DNA of 22,878 nt, from the IMG/VR virus record IMGVR_UViG_3300005607_000302. One strand, written 5' to 3'. The notes under the pieces are model-generated. The model saw only the letters and a list, made by a program, of their open reading frames with translations, ran no database searches and was not told the origin of the DNA. A program made the position numbers and the translations under genes. Below, in pieces: positions 7,022-14,298 of the stretch (position 1 is its first letter; each line of letters begins with the position of its first letter). The stretch comes from a virus.

Positions 7022-7140
7022 TGCAAGCTTGGGCTTTCGAACACCCGTACCTGACGTTCACGCTGGTTCTGCTCGCGCTCATTACAGTCGCGAGCAGCGT
7101 TGAAGCGATCGCAAAAGCGATCGGCAAGCGTTGTCAGTGA
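7021..7140 (+). CDS. Very small hydrophobic peptide, 39 aa (MQAWAFEHPYLTFTLVLLALITVASSVEAIAKAIGKRCQ). Its ATG overlaps the infA stop (TGATG)
   Basis: Single TM-like helix and translational coupling. Not in the track because it is under 60 aa. Confidence 0.35.
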   Translation: MQAWAFEHPYLTFTLVLLALITVASSVEAIAKAIGKRCQ

Positions 7141-7856
7141 GCGCGGCGAGCTGACCGTGCAGCCGGGTGAGCCGGCTTGATGAGGTTGTGGAGGACCTCA
7201 GCGTCCTTGCTACCGAAGACCTGCGACGTCTGTCCGGTCGTCGTGTCGAGCAGGACGAGGTAGCCACCCGGCGTCATCGTCAGCGGAGCGGTGCACTTCT
7301 TCAGCCAGTCGTACTGGGCTCCTGCCTCGGTCTGCTGAGCATCGAACCACGCGTCCAGCACGAAATTGCTGACAGTGACGAGCTGCGTGCCAGCGTGGAC
7401 GTTGTAGGAGTCGTTCTCCACCGGGTCACATGCTTCGTAGGCGACCATGTGGGTGGCGTCCTTCTGTGCCCAGAGGTTGCACCCCTTGTCGACGAAGAAC
7501 TCGATGACCTCGTGTGAGAGGCAGGCGCTGACGGACAGCGAACCCTGGAGGATTGTGCCGTTGTTGCTCAGGATCGTCTGGGCAAAGACGCGGCCGTAGA
7601 TGTTCCCGCCCGGGTCCTCGGTGTGGTAGCCCAGAGCACCCGCCACGTCGGCGTTGTCCAGGATGTAGATGGGATAGCAGTCCGACGGGATGGTACCACC
7701 CTTGGCGACGAAAACGCTGTCCATGAACTTCTTGTTCCAAGCGGGCGCGACTTGCCAATAGAGTTGGTTCTTCACTGCTTCGAACATGAGTTGCACGTCA
7801 GAATCAGAAACAACCGTTGAGTCATTGATTACGGCATAACGAGTCATCTTAGTCAT
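7134..7856 (-). CDS. Hypothetical protein, 240 aa. The 5' third is AT-richer than the rest
   Basis: Long ORF with good coding statistics. No catalytic motif recognised. Convergent with the small peptide gene. Confidence 0.55.
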   Translation of the reverse strand: MTKMTRYAVINDSTVVSDSDVQLMFEAVKNQLYWQVAPAWNKKFMDSVFVAKGGTIPSDCYPIYILDNADVAGALGYHTEDPGGNIYGRVFAQTILSNNGTILQGSLSVSACLSHEVIEFFVDKGCNLWAQKDATHMVAYEACDPVENDSYNVHAGTQLVTVSNFVLDAWFDAQQTEAGAQYDWLKKCTAPLTMTPGGYLVLLDTTTGQTSQVFGSKDAEVLHNLIKPAHPAARSARRAH

Positions 7857-7873
7857 GACCTTATGTAGGTCAT
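7855..7873. promoter_or_regulatory. Palindrome ATGACCT-tatgt-AGGTCAT overlapping the start codon of the gene at 7134-7856, in the 33-nt divergent gap before the HNH gene
   Basis: Perfect 7-bp arms with a 5-nt spacer, seen in the sequence. Candidate operator or translational hairpin. Confidence 0.25.
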
Positions 7874-7889
7874 TGAGTACGATTTCGGT

Positions 7890-8408
7890 GTGAGGAAGAT
7901 CGAGAAAATTGCGGCTGCTTGCGTATCATGTCAAACAACGATGTGGATACGTCCACGTCAAATCGGACATCGAAAATACTGTTCACGTAAATGCAAGAAC
8001 AAAGCCATGAGCGTACCTGGCGGGATCAACCATTGGCTCACTCCCAAGACCTGCGAGATCTGTCAACAATCCTTCATGGCCAAGGACTGCCGCGGACGTT
8101 TCTGCAAGACATGCGTCCCTGACGGAACGTGGTTGAGCATCGCTCAACACTACGGGTTGTCGAAAGCTGCGTATGAGTTGTTGGTCGAAGCGCAAGGCAA
8201 CCGTTGCAAGATCTGTGGCGTGCAACCCACCGGCAGTCATCACTTCAAGCGCCTCCACGTTGACCACAACCACATCACTGGCGAGGTCCGTGGCCTCCTC
8301 TGCCCGAAGTGCAACTCGACGGTTGGGTTCGTCGAGACTCACGATAACATCGACGAAGTCGTTGCCTACCTCAAGCGTGAATCCCGACCGCTTCGCTTGG
8401 TAGGATGA
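7890..8408 (+). CDS. HNH endonuclease of the Endonuclease VII family, with an N-terminal Cys4 zinc finger
   Basis: 'HVDHNHITGEVRGLLCPKCN' matches the Endo VII HNH signature. N-terminal CxxC...CxxxC is present. Lower GC than the flanks. It is a paralog of the gene at 13879-14298. Confidence 0.8.
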   Translation: MRKIEKIAAACVSCQTTMWIRPRQIGHRKYCSRKCKNKAMSVPGGINHWLTPKTCEICQQSFMAKDCRGRFCKTCVPDGTWLSIAQHYGLSKAAYELLVEAQGNRCKICGVQPTGSHHFKRLHVDHNHITGEVRGLLCPKCNSTVGFVETHDNIDEVVAYLKRESRPLRLVG

Positions 8409-8412
8409 ACGT

Positions 8413-8586
8413 ATGAGCCGGGTCCGTATCTTCGCCCTGTGGGCGCTCGCTGCAGTTACGGGGGTCACGTGCTACCGCTTGTTCAGCCAACACCGGACTG
8501 AAGAGATCGCAGTCGTTGTCTGGATGCTCCTGATGGTGGTCTGGTTCCACCACGAGGACTGGCTCGGCGATAGTTACAGAGCATGA
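8413..8586 (+). CDS. Small membrane protein, 57 aa, two hydrophobic segments
   Basis: MSRVRIFALWALAAVTGVTCYRLF...VVVWMLLMVVWFHHEDW. Its stop TGA overlaps the ATG of the next gene (ATGA). Confidence 0.4.
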   Translation: MSRVRIFALWALAAVTGVTCYRLFSQHRTEEIAVVVWMLLMVVWFHHEDWLGDSYRA

Positions 8587-8771
8587 AGAAGCTCTTCACG
8601 GCGTTCGTCGTAGCGATTACCCTGGTCGGGTGCTTGTCAACGGCGAACATCAAGCCGCTGCCGCCCGGTGCGAAAGCCTGTGGCGGTCCTGCGGACTGCC
8701 CCGTCGGGTACTACTGCGGGTTCCCTGGCGTTGACACCTACGCGCAGTGCCTACCCTACCGTCGCTACTGA
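8583..8771 (+). CDS. Small Cys-rich lipoprotein, 62 aa (lipobox LVGC, then four more Cys)
   Basis: Signal peptide MKKLFTAFVVAITLVGC. The mature part is 'ACGGPADCPVGYYCGF...QC'. Confidence 0.55.
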   Translation: MKKLFTAFVVAITLVGCLSTANIKPLPPGAKACGGPADCPVGYYCGFPGVDTYAQCLPYRRY

Positions 8772-8780
8772 GAGAACAAC

Positions 8781-8996
8781 ATGAACACCGCACGTCTTAT
8801 GGGCGCGATCTTCAGCCTGGTCCTCTGCCTGAGCATGACCGCCCTCGCTGTCTACAGCCTCTTCTGGACGAAGGTCCCGCTGCTGATGCCCGTTGCCACG
8901 GGCGGCATCGCTGCCATCGCCGGTGCCATGGTCGTCATGAACGACTGGCCCAAGGTGTGGAAGCCGCTGCTCACTGGCCAGACGCCTCCGCAGTGA
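8781..8996 (+). CDS. Small membrane protein, 71 aa, two TM helices
   Basis: Hydrophobic segments are 'MGAIFSLVLCLSMTALAVYSLFW' and 'GGIAAIAGAMVVM'. A GAGAGAA purine tract lies upstream. Confidence 0.5.
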   Translation: MNTARLMGAIFSLVLCLSMTALAVYSLFWTKVPLLMPVATGGIAAIAGAMVVMNDWPKVWKPLLTGQTPPQ

Positions 8997-10005
8997 GAAG
9001 CTGAAGTTGTGAGAGAACTGCATCGCGTGGTTTCGTGGTCTCACCCTCGATCCACAAGGGGGCTTGTTGTCCGACTTTTGCTGCGCGGCGAGCTTGTGAA
9101 ACATCACCTAGCTTGAACAACGACATCCAAGCCAGGTCCCAATAGAAATTGGCGATGTCAGGGCGTTGATGCATCAACGGTTTGACGTACTCCCACGTTT
9201 CCTGGTACTTTCCTTGCAACATCAGAGATCGTGCCGCCCTGAGTGCCGCCATGATCTCAAGGTTCGTTCCCAGGCGCGCGACTTGATTGAAGTATGCGAA
9301 CGCCTCGGCGAATTGTTGCCTGACGAACAACTCGTCGCCCAGGTGAAACTTCAAAACGACCTGGTCTTCACCTGGTTTGCAACCATCTCTCTCCCAACGT
9401 TGCAACATGCGTAGGTTCCGATCGTTATGTGCATTACGTCCCCCTCCCGACAAGTGCCTGACTCGAACTTGATCAGAGACTTGGTGTGGACACGTGTGGA
9501 TGTCACCGTGGCAACACGCAATCGACTCGTGGATGGGGTTGTTCCAACGCCACCCATGATCACGGTGAATGAAACGGGGGTGCTTCAGCGTTTGAATGCA
9601 CCGACCCTCACACCACGTATAGTCGTACCACATCCAGATGCTGAAACACGGTTCGCCTTCTCGACGTTTCTCAGCCTCTTCTACGATGTTGAGTACGTGT
9701 TGCCACCCAGCATCTAGAGTGTCGTCAGTGTGGAGCCACAGTCTCCAGGGTCGGGTCGCAAGGGCATATGCCTCGTTGTGAACCTCGGCAAAACTCCGGA
9801 GCAGCCCATCTTCGTGGATCAGATCGGGTCGCAGCGAGACGATGTCAGCGCCCGCTTCCTTGGCAACCTCGGGCGATCCATCGTCAGACATCGTATCAAC
9901 GACGACAATCTCTCTGACCCAAGGGCGAGCCTCGGTCACCAACCGCCTGACGTTGTCACGGTCGTTCCGACAGGGGATGATCAGCGAGACGTCTGCTCGT
10001 GACAC
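8971..10005 (-). CDS. Glycosyltransferase family 2 domain fused to a C-terminal TPR-like helical domain, 344 aa
   Basis: 'SLIIPCRNDRDN...VVVDTMSDDGSPE...LHTDDTL' gives the GT2 signature with a DxD motif. The C-terminal half has TPR-like amphipathic repeats. It is a paralog of the gene at 11115-12131. Confidence 0.75.
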   Translation of the reverse strand: MSRADVSLIIPCRNDRDNVRRLVTEARPWVREIVVVDTMSDDGSPEVAKEAGADIVSLRPDLIHEDGLLRSFAEVHNEAYALATRPWRLWLHTDDTLDAGWQHVLNIVEEAEKRREGEPCFSIWMWYDYTWCEGRCIQTLKHPRFIHRDHGWRWNNPIHESIACCHGDIHTCPHQVSDQVRVRHLSGGGRNAHNDRNLRMLQRWERDGCKPGEDQVVLKFHLGDELFVRQQFAEAFAYFNQVARLGTNLEIMAALRAARSLMLQGKYQETWEYVKPLMHQRPDIANFYWDLAWMSLFKLGDVSQARRAAKVGQQAPLWIEGETTKPRDAVLSQLQLLTAEASGQ

Positions 10006-10157
10006 GTTTCTTCCTTGTCCAACCGGCGGCGGGCACGCCGGACACGTTTCTTGGCGTGCCGTTTGCCTTTGCGGTGGGTCTCGTTCATCCGGTCACGATC
10101 CCAGGCATCTGATGTCTTGGCTTTCGCCTTCTTCTTGGCGCGGTCAGCTTGACTCAT
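9981..10157 (-). CDS. Small highly basic protein, 58 aa (Lys/Arg-rich). Its ATG overlaps the upstream TGA (ATGA)
   Basis: MSQADRAKKKAKAKTSDAWDRDRMNETHRKGKRHAKKRVRRARRRLDKEE... It is translationally coupled to the gene at 10154-10537. The track lists a GTG-extended version at 10181. Confidence 0.4.
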   Translation of the reverse strand: MSQADRAKKKAKAKTSDAWDRDRMNETHRKGKRHAKKRVRRARRRLDKEETCHEQTSR

Positions 10158-10537
10158 CGTAGGTGAGCGCAGTCTGGACACGGCTGCATCGGTCCATCGG
10201 GGTGATCGGGCGTCCAGAAGCTATGTGAAGCGAACCCGCAGGAACACAGCTTGCCCGAGCTGTGACAGCGTTTGCAGACGACGAAGGGACGATCGTCAGG
10301 CGTGTCCTTCCTGGGACGGTGCATCCGGTGGAGGACGTTCCACTCCCAGTGCCACTTGACGTTGCCCTTGAACCCGTAGACCATCAGCAGGTAGTGGCTG
10401 CCAATGACACGGTTGCTGTCACGGCCGTCGCGGTACTGGTCCTCGCGGGTCAGCCAGACGAGACACGGCTTGCTAACGTAGAGAGGATCGTGTTTGATGA
10501 ACGGGTTGCGGATCGCGAGCAGGACCTTGTGTGACAT
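10154..10537 (-). CDS. Hypothetical Cys/His-rich protein, 127 aa. An alternative GTG start lies at 10549
   Basis: High GC3. C-terminal 'CKRCHSSGKLCSCGF...CPDC' suggests metal binding. Confidence 0.55.
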   Translation of the reverse strand: MSHKVLLAIRNPFIKHDPLYVSKPCLVWLTREDQYRDGRDSNRVIGSHYLLMVYGFKGNVKWHWEWNVLHRMHRPRKDTPDDRPFVVCKRCHSSGKLCSCGFASHSFWTPDHPDGPMQPCPDCAHLR

Positions 10538-10540
10538 GGC

Positions 10541-10570
10541 GCCTGCCACTGATTTTACTCAATGGCAGGC
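10541..10570 (-). other. Perfect 8-bp inverted repeat (GCCTGCCA N14 TGGCAGGC) immediately 5' of the ATG at 10537
   Basis: Seen directly in the sequence. It lies in the 42-nt gap between two minus-strand genes, and no U-tract follows it. Confidence 0.3.
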
Positions 10571-10591
10571 AACGTTCATTACGTTAGAACG

Positions 10592-11047
10592 TTAGTTGCG
10601 AATGAAGGCCCAAATCTTGGCAGTCGGACTGCCAGATGGAAAGGCCATCAGAGTTGTGCTAGGTCCAGGCGGATAAGCATCTCCATCATCAGAAGGACGA
10701 GTGAAGAGGAAACGTCCGACAAGGTTCTCAGAAGGTACGCCAGTTCCCATCGAACCTGCGATAGCTCCCATTACGAAGAAACCAGCCGATGAGGGAGTTC
10801 CACCCCCAGATGTCGGGCTGCTAGCGAAACCCACAGTCTTGTCGTAGACTTCGGCATAGACCGCAGCGACGTAGCCTCCCATTCCGAGTTCGCCACCATC
10901 GACAGCAAAAGCTGTCGTGGGTGAATCGGGTGTCAGCTCAATGCTAACAACCGTAGTGTAGTTGATGCTGTCAAGAAAGTTCACCGTGTCAAGCGGTGCG
11001 CCGTCAGGCTGCCAAGAAAGACTGCCAGTGATTGAAAGTTGATCCAT
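10592..11047 (-). CDS. Hypothetical protein, 151 aa, Gly/Ser/Thr-rich. The region is AT-richer than the flanks
   Basis: ORF with an AAGGAGA RBS 6 nt upstream. Composition differs from its neighbours. Confidence 0.55.
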   Translation of the reverse strand: MDQLSITGSLSWQPDGAPLDTVNFLDSINYTTVVSIELTPDSPTTAFAVDGGELGMGGYVAAVYAEVYDKTVGFASSPTSGGGTPSSAGFFVMGAIAGSMGTGVPSENLVGRFLFTRPSDDGDAYPPGPSTTLMAFPSGSPTAKIWAFIRN

Positions 11048-11114
11048 TCAGTGTCTCCTTGTGAGGACACCCAGAACGACGGTTCTGAACGTTGATCCTC
11101 ACCACTTCATGGTA

Positions 11115-12131
11115 TCAAATCAAAGGCTTGTGTACACTTTTCAGTCGTTCAATGACGTGATCACGAAACTTCGTAGTTTCGCCTTCAATCTGCGTGGTTG
11201 CTTTCGTTGATGCATTCATCATGTGGGCCGCCATTGGCAGGTCGCCAACCAACGTGCATATGTACGCAGCATCCCAATAGAAGTCCGCGATGTGTGGGGC
11301 GGCATGGTAGAACGGTCGCAAGTACGCCTGCTGTTCTCGGAGCTTTCCCTGGAACATCAGGCATCGACCCGCGTTCAAGACACATGACACTTGCAACGGG
11401 TTTGCTGTCCCCGCCGCACGATTGAAGTACTCGAATGCTACTTCGTACTGTTGTCGAGTGCAGTACTCGGCACCCAAGTAGAAGTACAGGGAATCAGGAT
11501 CTTCTTTGGGCCCGTCTTCAGCTTCCCAATGCAACAGGATCCGAAGGTTACGATCGCTGGTGTTGCGTGAACTCTGCGACAGGTGGATGACTCGCAACGT
11601 CTCGTCCACAATCACGGGTTCGTCGCCCTGTCCACAGACCAAGCGTTCGTGGACGGGCTTCATCCAACGCCAGAAATCATCTTTGTGCGTCAAGCGAGTT
11701 CGGAGGAGCGAGACGAGACATTTGCTCCTGTCTTCCGACCATGCATAGTCATACCAGAGGTTCACGCTGAGCCCCCACTGGTTCTGCAACCGAGCCTCGG
11801 AAGCTCTGCGAACCAGCGTTGGCAACAACGACCAGTCGCTCAACGTGTCATCGGTGTCCAACCAGAGTTGCCACGGTTTCGTAGCGAGCTTGTATGACTC
11901 GTTCCGTGCCAGAGCAAAGCTCTTGATGATCCCGTCTTCTCGTAGTAGACCTGGACGTTCGACAACAACGTCAGCACCTGCTGACTTGGCAGCTCCGGCT
12001 GAACCGTCGGTCGAACCCGTGTCAACGATGACAATCTCGTCGACCCAAGGTCGAGCCTCTCTCACCAACCGCACCAGGTTCTCACGATCGTCGCGGTTGA
12101 TGATGCAGAGTGACAGTCCCTCTTGGACCAT
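11115..12131 (-). CDS. Glycosyltransferase family 2 domain plus a C-terminal TPR-like domain, 338 aa; paralog of the gene at 8971-10005
   Basis: 'SLCIINRDDREN...IVIVDTGSTDGS...LDTDDTL'. Colinear similarity with the other GT2-TPR gene runs over the full length. The start TGATG overlaps the stop of the phosphatase gene. Confidence 0.75.
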   Translation of the reverse strand: MVQEGLSLCIINRDDRENLVRLVREARPWVDEIVIVDTGSTDGSAGAAKSAGADVVVERPGLLREDGIIKSFALARNESYKLATKPWQLWLDTDDTLSDWSLLPTLVRRASEARLQNQWGLSVNLWYDYAWSEDRSKCLVSLLRTRLTHKDDFWRWMKPVHERLVCGQGDEPVIVDETLRVIHLSQSSRNTSDRNLRILLHWEAEDGPKEDPDSLYFYLGAEYCTRQQYEVAFEYFNRAAGTANPLQVSCVLNAGRCLMFQGKLREQQAYLRPFYHAAPHIADFYWDAAYICTLVGDLPMAAHMMNASTKATTQIEGETTKFRDHVIERLKSVHKPLI

Positions 12132-12904
12132 CAGTACGTCCCCACTCCTCGGTCTTGGTCGATGATGATCAGCTTGCGGTCGTGGTTGCCGCGCCGGTCC
12201 ATGTCCTTCTGGTCGTGCTTACCCCGTCCCTTGACGGAAACGAGCTGGTTGTCAGGCAGCACGTAGGCCCACAGCTCCAGGCCGAAACAGGCGCCGCCGT
12301 CGAGGCCCAGCACCTTGTCGGTGATCAGCGGCTTGTTGAGGACGCTGTGGCCGAAAGCAATGCGCTCAGGCCCGTTCCAGAAGTGGTGCCAGAAGTGCCA
12401 TCCTTCTTCGCCGGGTGGAATACGGCTCGGCCACATCGACTTCTCTTCGGGCGGCCTGATGCTCTGGATGTGGAGCAGGTGCCTGTCGGTCTGCTTCTCG
12501 ATCGGGCGACCCGGAAAGACGCCCGCATGGACAGCGACGAGGTTGTGTTCAGGGAAGCGCAGGAACTTGGGCATCGCCCGCATGTAGTCGTAATGGTGCG
12601 ACTTCAACTGGCGCCGGGTCTCGATGTGGGTCTCGATGTCGACGTTGACGTGGCCCTTGCGTGCCTTGATGTCCTCGTAGAAGAGGTGCTTCTCCTCGTG
12701 GTTGCCGAGGATGCAGGCGGGTTTCCCCTGTCTCATCTCGAGGCGCATCGCCAGGTCGACACAGCCGGCGCTGTCAGGACCGCGGTCGATCAGGTCGCCC
12801 AAGAAGAGGACGTGATCCTCTGGGCGTGCCTGGCACTTGTCCAGCAGCTCTTCGGCTTCCTTCAGGCAGCCGTGCAAATCCCCAACGAGAATCAGTCTCC
12901 CCAT
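12131..12904 (-). CDS. Metallophosphoesterase / PPP-family Ser/Thr protein phosphatase (lambda-PPase/ApaH-like), 257 aa
   Basis: Signature motifs GDLHG, GDLIDRG and GNHE occur in the canonical order. Confidence 0.8.
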   Translation of the reverse strand: MGRLILVGDLHGCLKEAEELLDKCQARPEDHVLFLGDLIDRGPDSAGCVDLAMRLEMRQGKPACILGNHEEKHLFYEDIKARKGHVNVDIETHIETRRQLKSHHYDYMRAMPKFLRFPEHNLVAVHAGVFPGRPIEKQTDRHLLHIQSIRPPEEKSMWPSRIPPGEEGWHFWHHFWNGPERIAFGHSVLNKPLITDKVLGLDGGACFGLELWAYVLPDNQLVSVKGRGKHDQKDMDRRGNHDRKLIIIDQDRGVGTY

Positions 12905-12919
12905 GATGGGGAGATAGTA

Positions 12920-13084
12920 CTACTTCTCTGCCCGGTGGTCAGCGAGGCACGTTTGCTCTGATTCCGTCCCACAGTGCGGACAGGTGACCGTCACCTTGCA
13001 CTTCTTGTGGTGGCCCTCGTAGAACCAGGTGCCGATCAACCAGACGAGGATCGCAGCGTCCAGGACCGCAGTGAGAGCTTCCAT
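12920..13084 (-). CDS. Small membrane protein, 54 aa, with a C-terminal CxxC...C zinc-ribbon-like motif. Its ATG overlaps the upstream TGA
   Basis: MEALTAVLDAAILVWLIGTWFYEGHHKKCKVTVTCPHCGTESEQTCLADHRAEK. GC3 is high. Confidence 0.4.
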   Translation of the reverse strand: MEALTAVLDAAILVWLIGTWFYEGHHKKCKVTVTCPHCGTESEQTCLADHRAEK

Positions 13085-13437
13085 CAGTTCACCGCCAGGC
13101 GGTTCGTCGGCGGTGCGATGTCTCGGCTGAGGTCGATCCCTTTGTTGGGGGTGTTGAACGTTGCATCGAACTCGATGACCTGCAGCGGCTCCGGCGGGAA
13201 CTCGTCCAGGCGCCAGCCCGGGCCCTCCAGATGCTCGCGGCCCTTGGGCACGCCGAACTCCGGCAGCGTCTCACGTTCGAAGATGTCATCGTCGTCCAAC
13301 ATCGTGACGTCGGACTCGCTGGCGAGCTGGGGCAGTGCACCCTTCGGCTTCGTCCCCCACTTGCCGACGACGTACGCCAGCCACATGAAGCCAGCAAGGT
13401 AGAGCCACACCTGCACGCGGTCAATGAACTTCTTCAC
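13084..13437 (-). CDS. Membrane-anchored protein, 117 aa (N-terminal TM helix, acidic soluble domain). GTG start overlaps the upstream TGA
   Basis: VKKFIDRVQVWLYLAGFMWLAYVVGKW..., then 'MLDDDDIFERETLPEFG'. A GGGAGAG RBS is present. GC3 is very high. The track lists a fused, longer ORF to 13827. Confidence 0.55.
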   Translation of the reverse strand: MKKFIDRVQVWLYLAGFMWLAYVVGKWGTKPKGALPQLASESDVTMLDDDDIFERETLPEFGVPKGREHLEGPGWRLDEFPPEPLQVIEFDATFNTPNKGIDLSRDIAPPTNRLAVN

Positions 13438-13733
13438 GTTGTCTCTCCCATGGCGATCACGTGGTGGTGACCCTTGTTGACCCACACCAGCTCGAACGTA
13501 GTCCCGGGAGGCAGTGGGTTGGACGGTGCGAACGGAAACTCGAGGACGACATCGGTGTTGTTCTGGCCCGACATCGCCTTGATGTGGACGGGCCACGGGT
13601 GAGCACGCTGGCTCGGCGCCAGCAGCTGGAGGTGATCGCCCAAACGTGGCCTGTGATCGTGCTGGTGGAAGTGGTGCGACGACCACTGCAGCTTTGCGGA
13701 CACGATTGCTGGGACGGGGAGGGCGACTGCCAT
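13434..13733 (-). CDS. Hypothetical His-rich protein, 99 aa (SSHHFHQHDH...KGHHHV)
   Basis: ATG at 13733. High GC3. It is the first gene of a long leftward operon. Confidence 0.55.
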   Translation of the reverse strand: MAVALPVPAIVSAKLQWSSHHFHQHDHRPRLGDHLQLLAPSQRAHPWPVHIKAMSGQNNTDVVLEFPFAPSNPLPPGTTFELVWVNKGHHHVIAMGETT

Positions 13734-13741
13734 GGTTGTAC

Positions 13742-13774
13742 GTATACTCCCATACACGAGTGTATACTGCCATA
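13742..13774. promoter_or_regulatory. Tandem 13-bp direct repeat GTATACTCCCATA / GTATACTGCCATA, 20-bp period, in the AT-rich divergent intergenic region. Candidate operator or promoter element
   Basis: Seen in the sequence. Each repeat contains the palindrome GTATAC. It sits between the divergent starts at 13733 (-) and the HNH gene (+). Confidence 0.3.
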
Positions 13775-13878
13775 GTATGCTTGAACGCCCATGGCATGCA
13801 CTTGCTTTTGAGCAGTACGTCACTCACAATTGTTCACTCAGCGAAACGTTACGTTGCTTGCATGATGCGGGTTTCAAG

Positions 13879-14298
13879 ATGACTCGCACTCCACTTCGAC
13901 AATTCTTGTTGAATCGCGGTGTGCTTCGCCCCAACACTCATGGTGGGTGGATGTGTGTGAAACGAAAACCGCGACAATGTGAGTACTGTCATAACGAGTA
14001 CGTGCCTGTTTCACGTACGCAACGTTGGTGTAAGACCTGTTGTCCTACTCGAAAAGATGCAGGTAGAATGTCAACATATGGGCTAACAATCTCAGCCTTC
14101 AACGAGATGATGCTTCGCTCTAATGGACGATGCGAAATTTGCGGGGAATGTTTTTCTGATGTTCCTTGTATCGACCATGATCATGTCACCAAGCGCGTAA
14201 GAGGTTTGCTCTGCACACAGTGCAACTTGCGATTGGGACATGTTGAAGTAGGACCAGACTGGTATGTCAAAGCAGCCGCGTATCTCCAACGAGCGTGA
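13879..14298 (+). CDS. HNH endonuclease, Endonuclease VII family, with an N-terminal zinc finger. Start is uncertain; the track ORF begins at 13732
   Basis: 'IDHDHVTKRVRGLLCTQCNLRLG' is the Endo VII HNH signature. Upstream Cys pairs are CEYC and CKTCC. Low-GC patch. Confidence 0.75.
   Translation: MTRTPLRQFLLNRGVLRPNTHGGWMCVKRKPRQCEYCHNEYVPVSRTQRWCKTCCPTRKDAGRMSTYGLTISAFNEMMLRSNGRCEICGECFSDVPCIDHDHVTKRVRGLLCTQCNLRLGHVEVGPDWYVKAAAYLQRA

Noticed and set aside
11048-11114. Short hairpins (AGAAC-gacg-GTTCT; GTGTC...GACAC) between the GT2-TPR gene and the downstream gene
   Set aside because: The stems are only 5 bp and overlap the RBS. This is likely chance.
12110-12961. 283-aa plus-strand ORF
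   Set aside because: It is entirely antisense to the well-supported PPP phosphatase gene. Its Asp/Gly/Leu/Val-rich composition is typical of antisense frames in GC-rich DNA.
13084-13827. 247-aa and 129-aa track ORFs that fuse two or three genes
   Set aside because: GC3 and coupling signals (GTGA, a GGGAGAG RBS) indicate separate genes at 13434-13733 and 13084-13437. The long N-terminal extensions read as non-coding or low-complexity.
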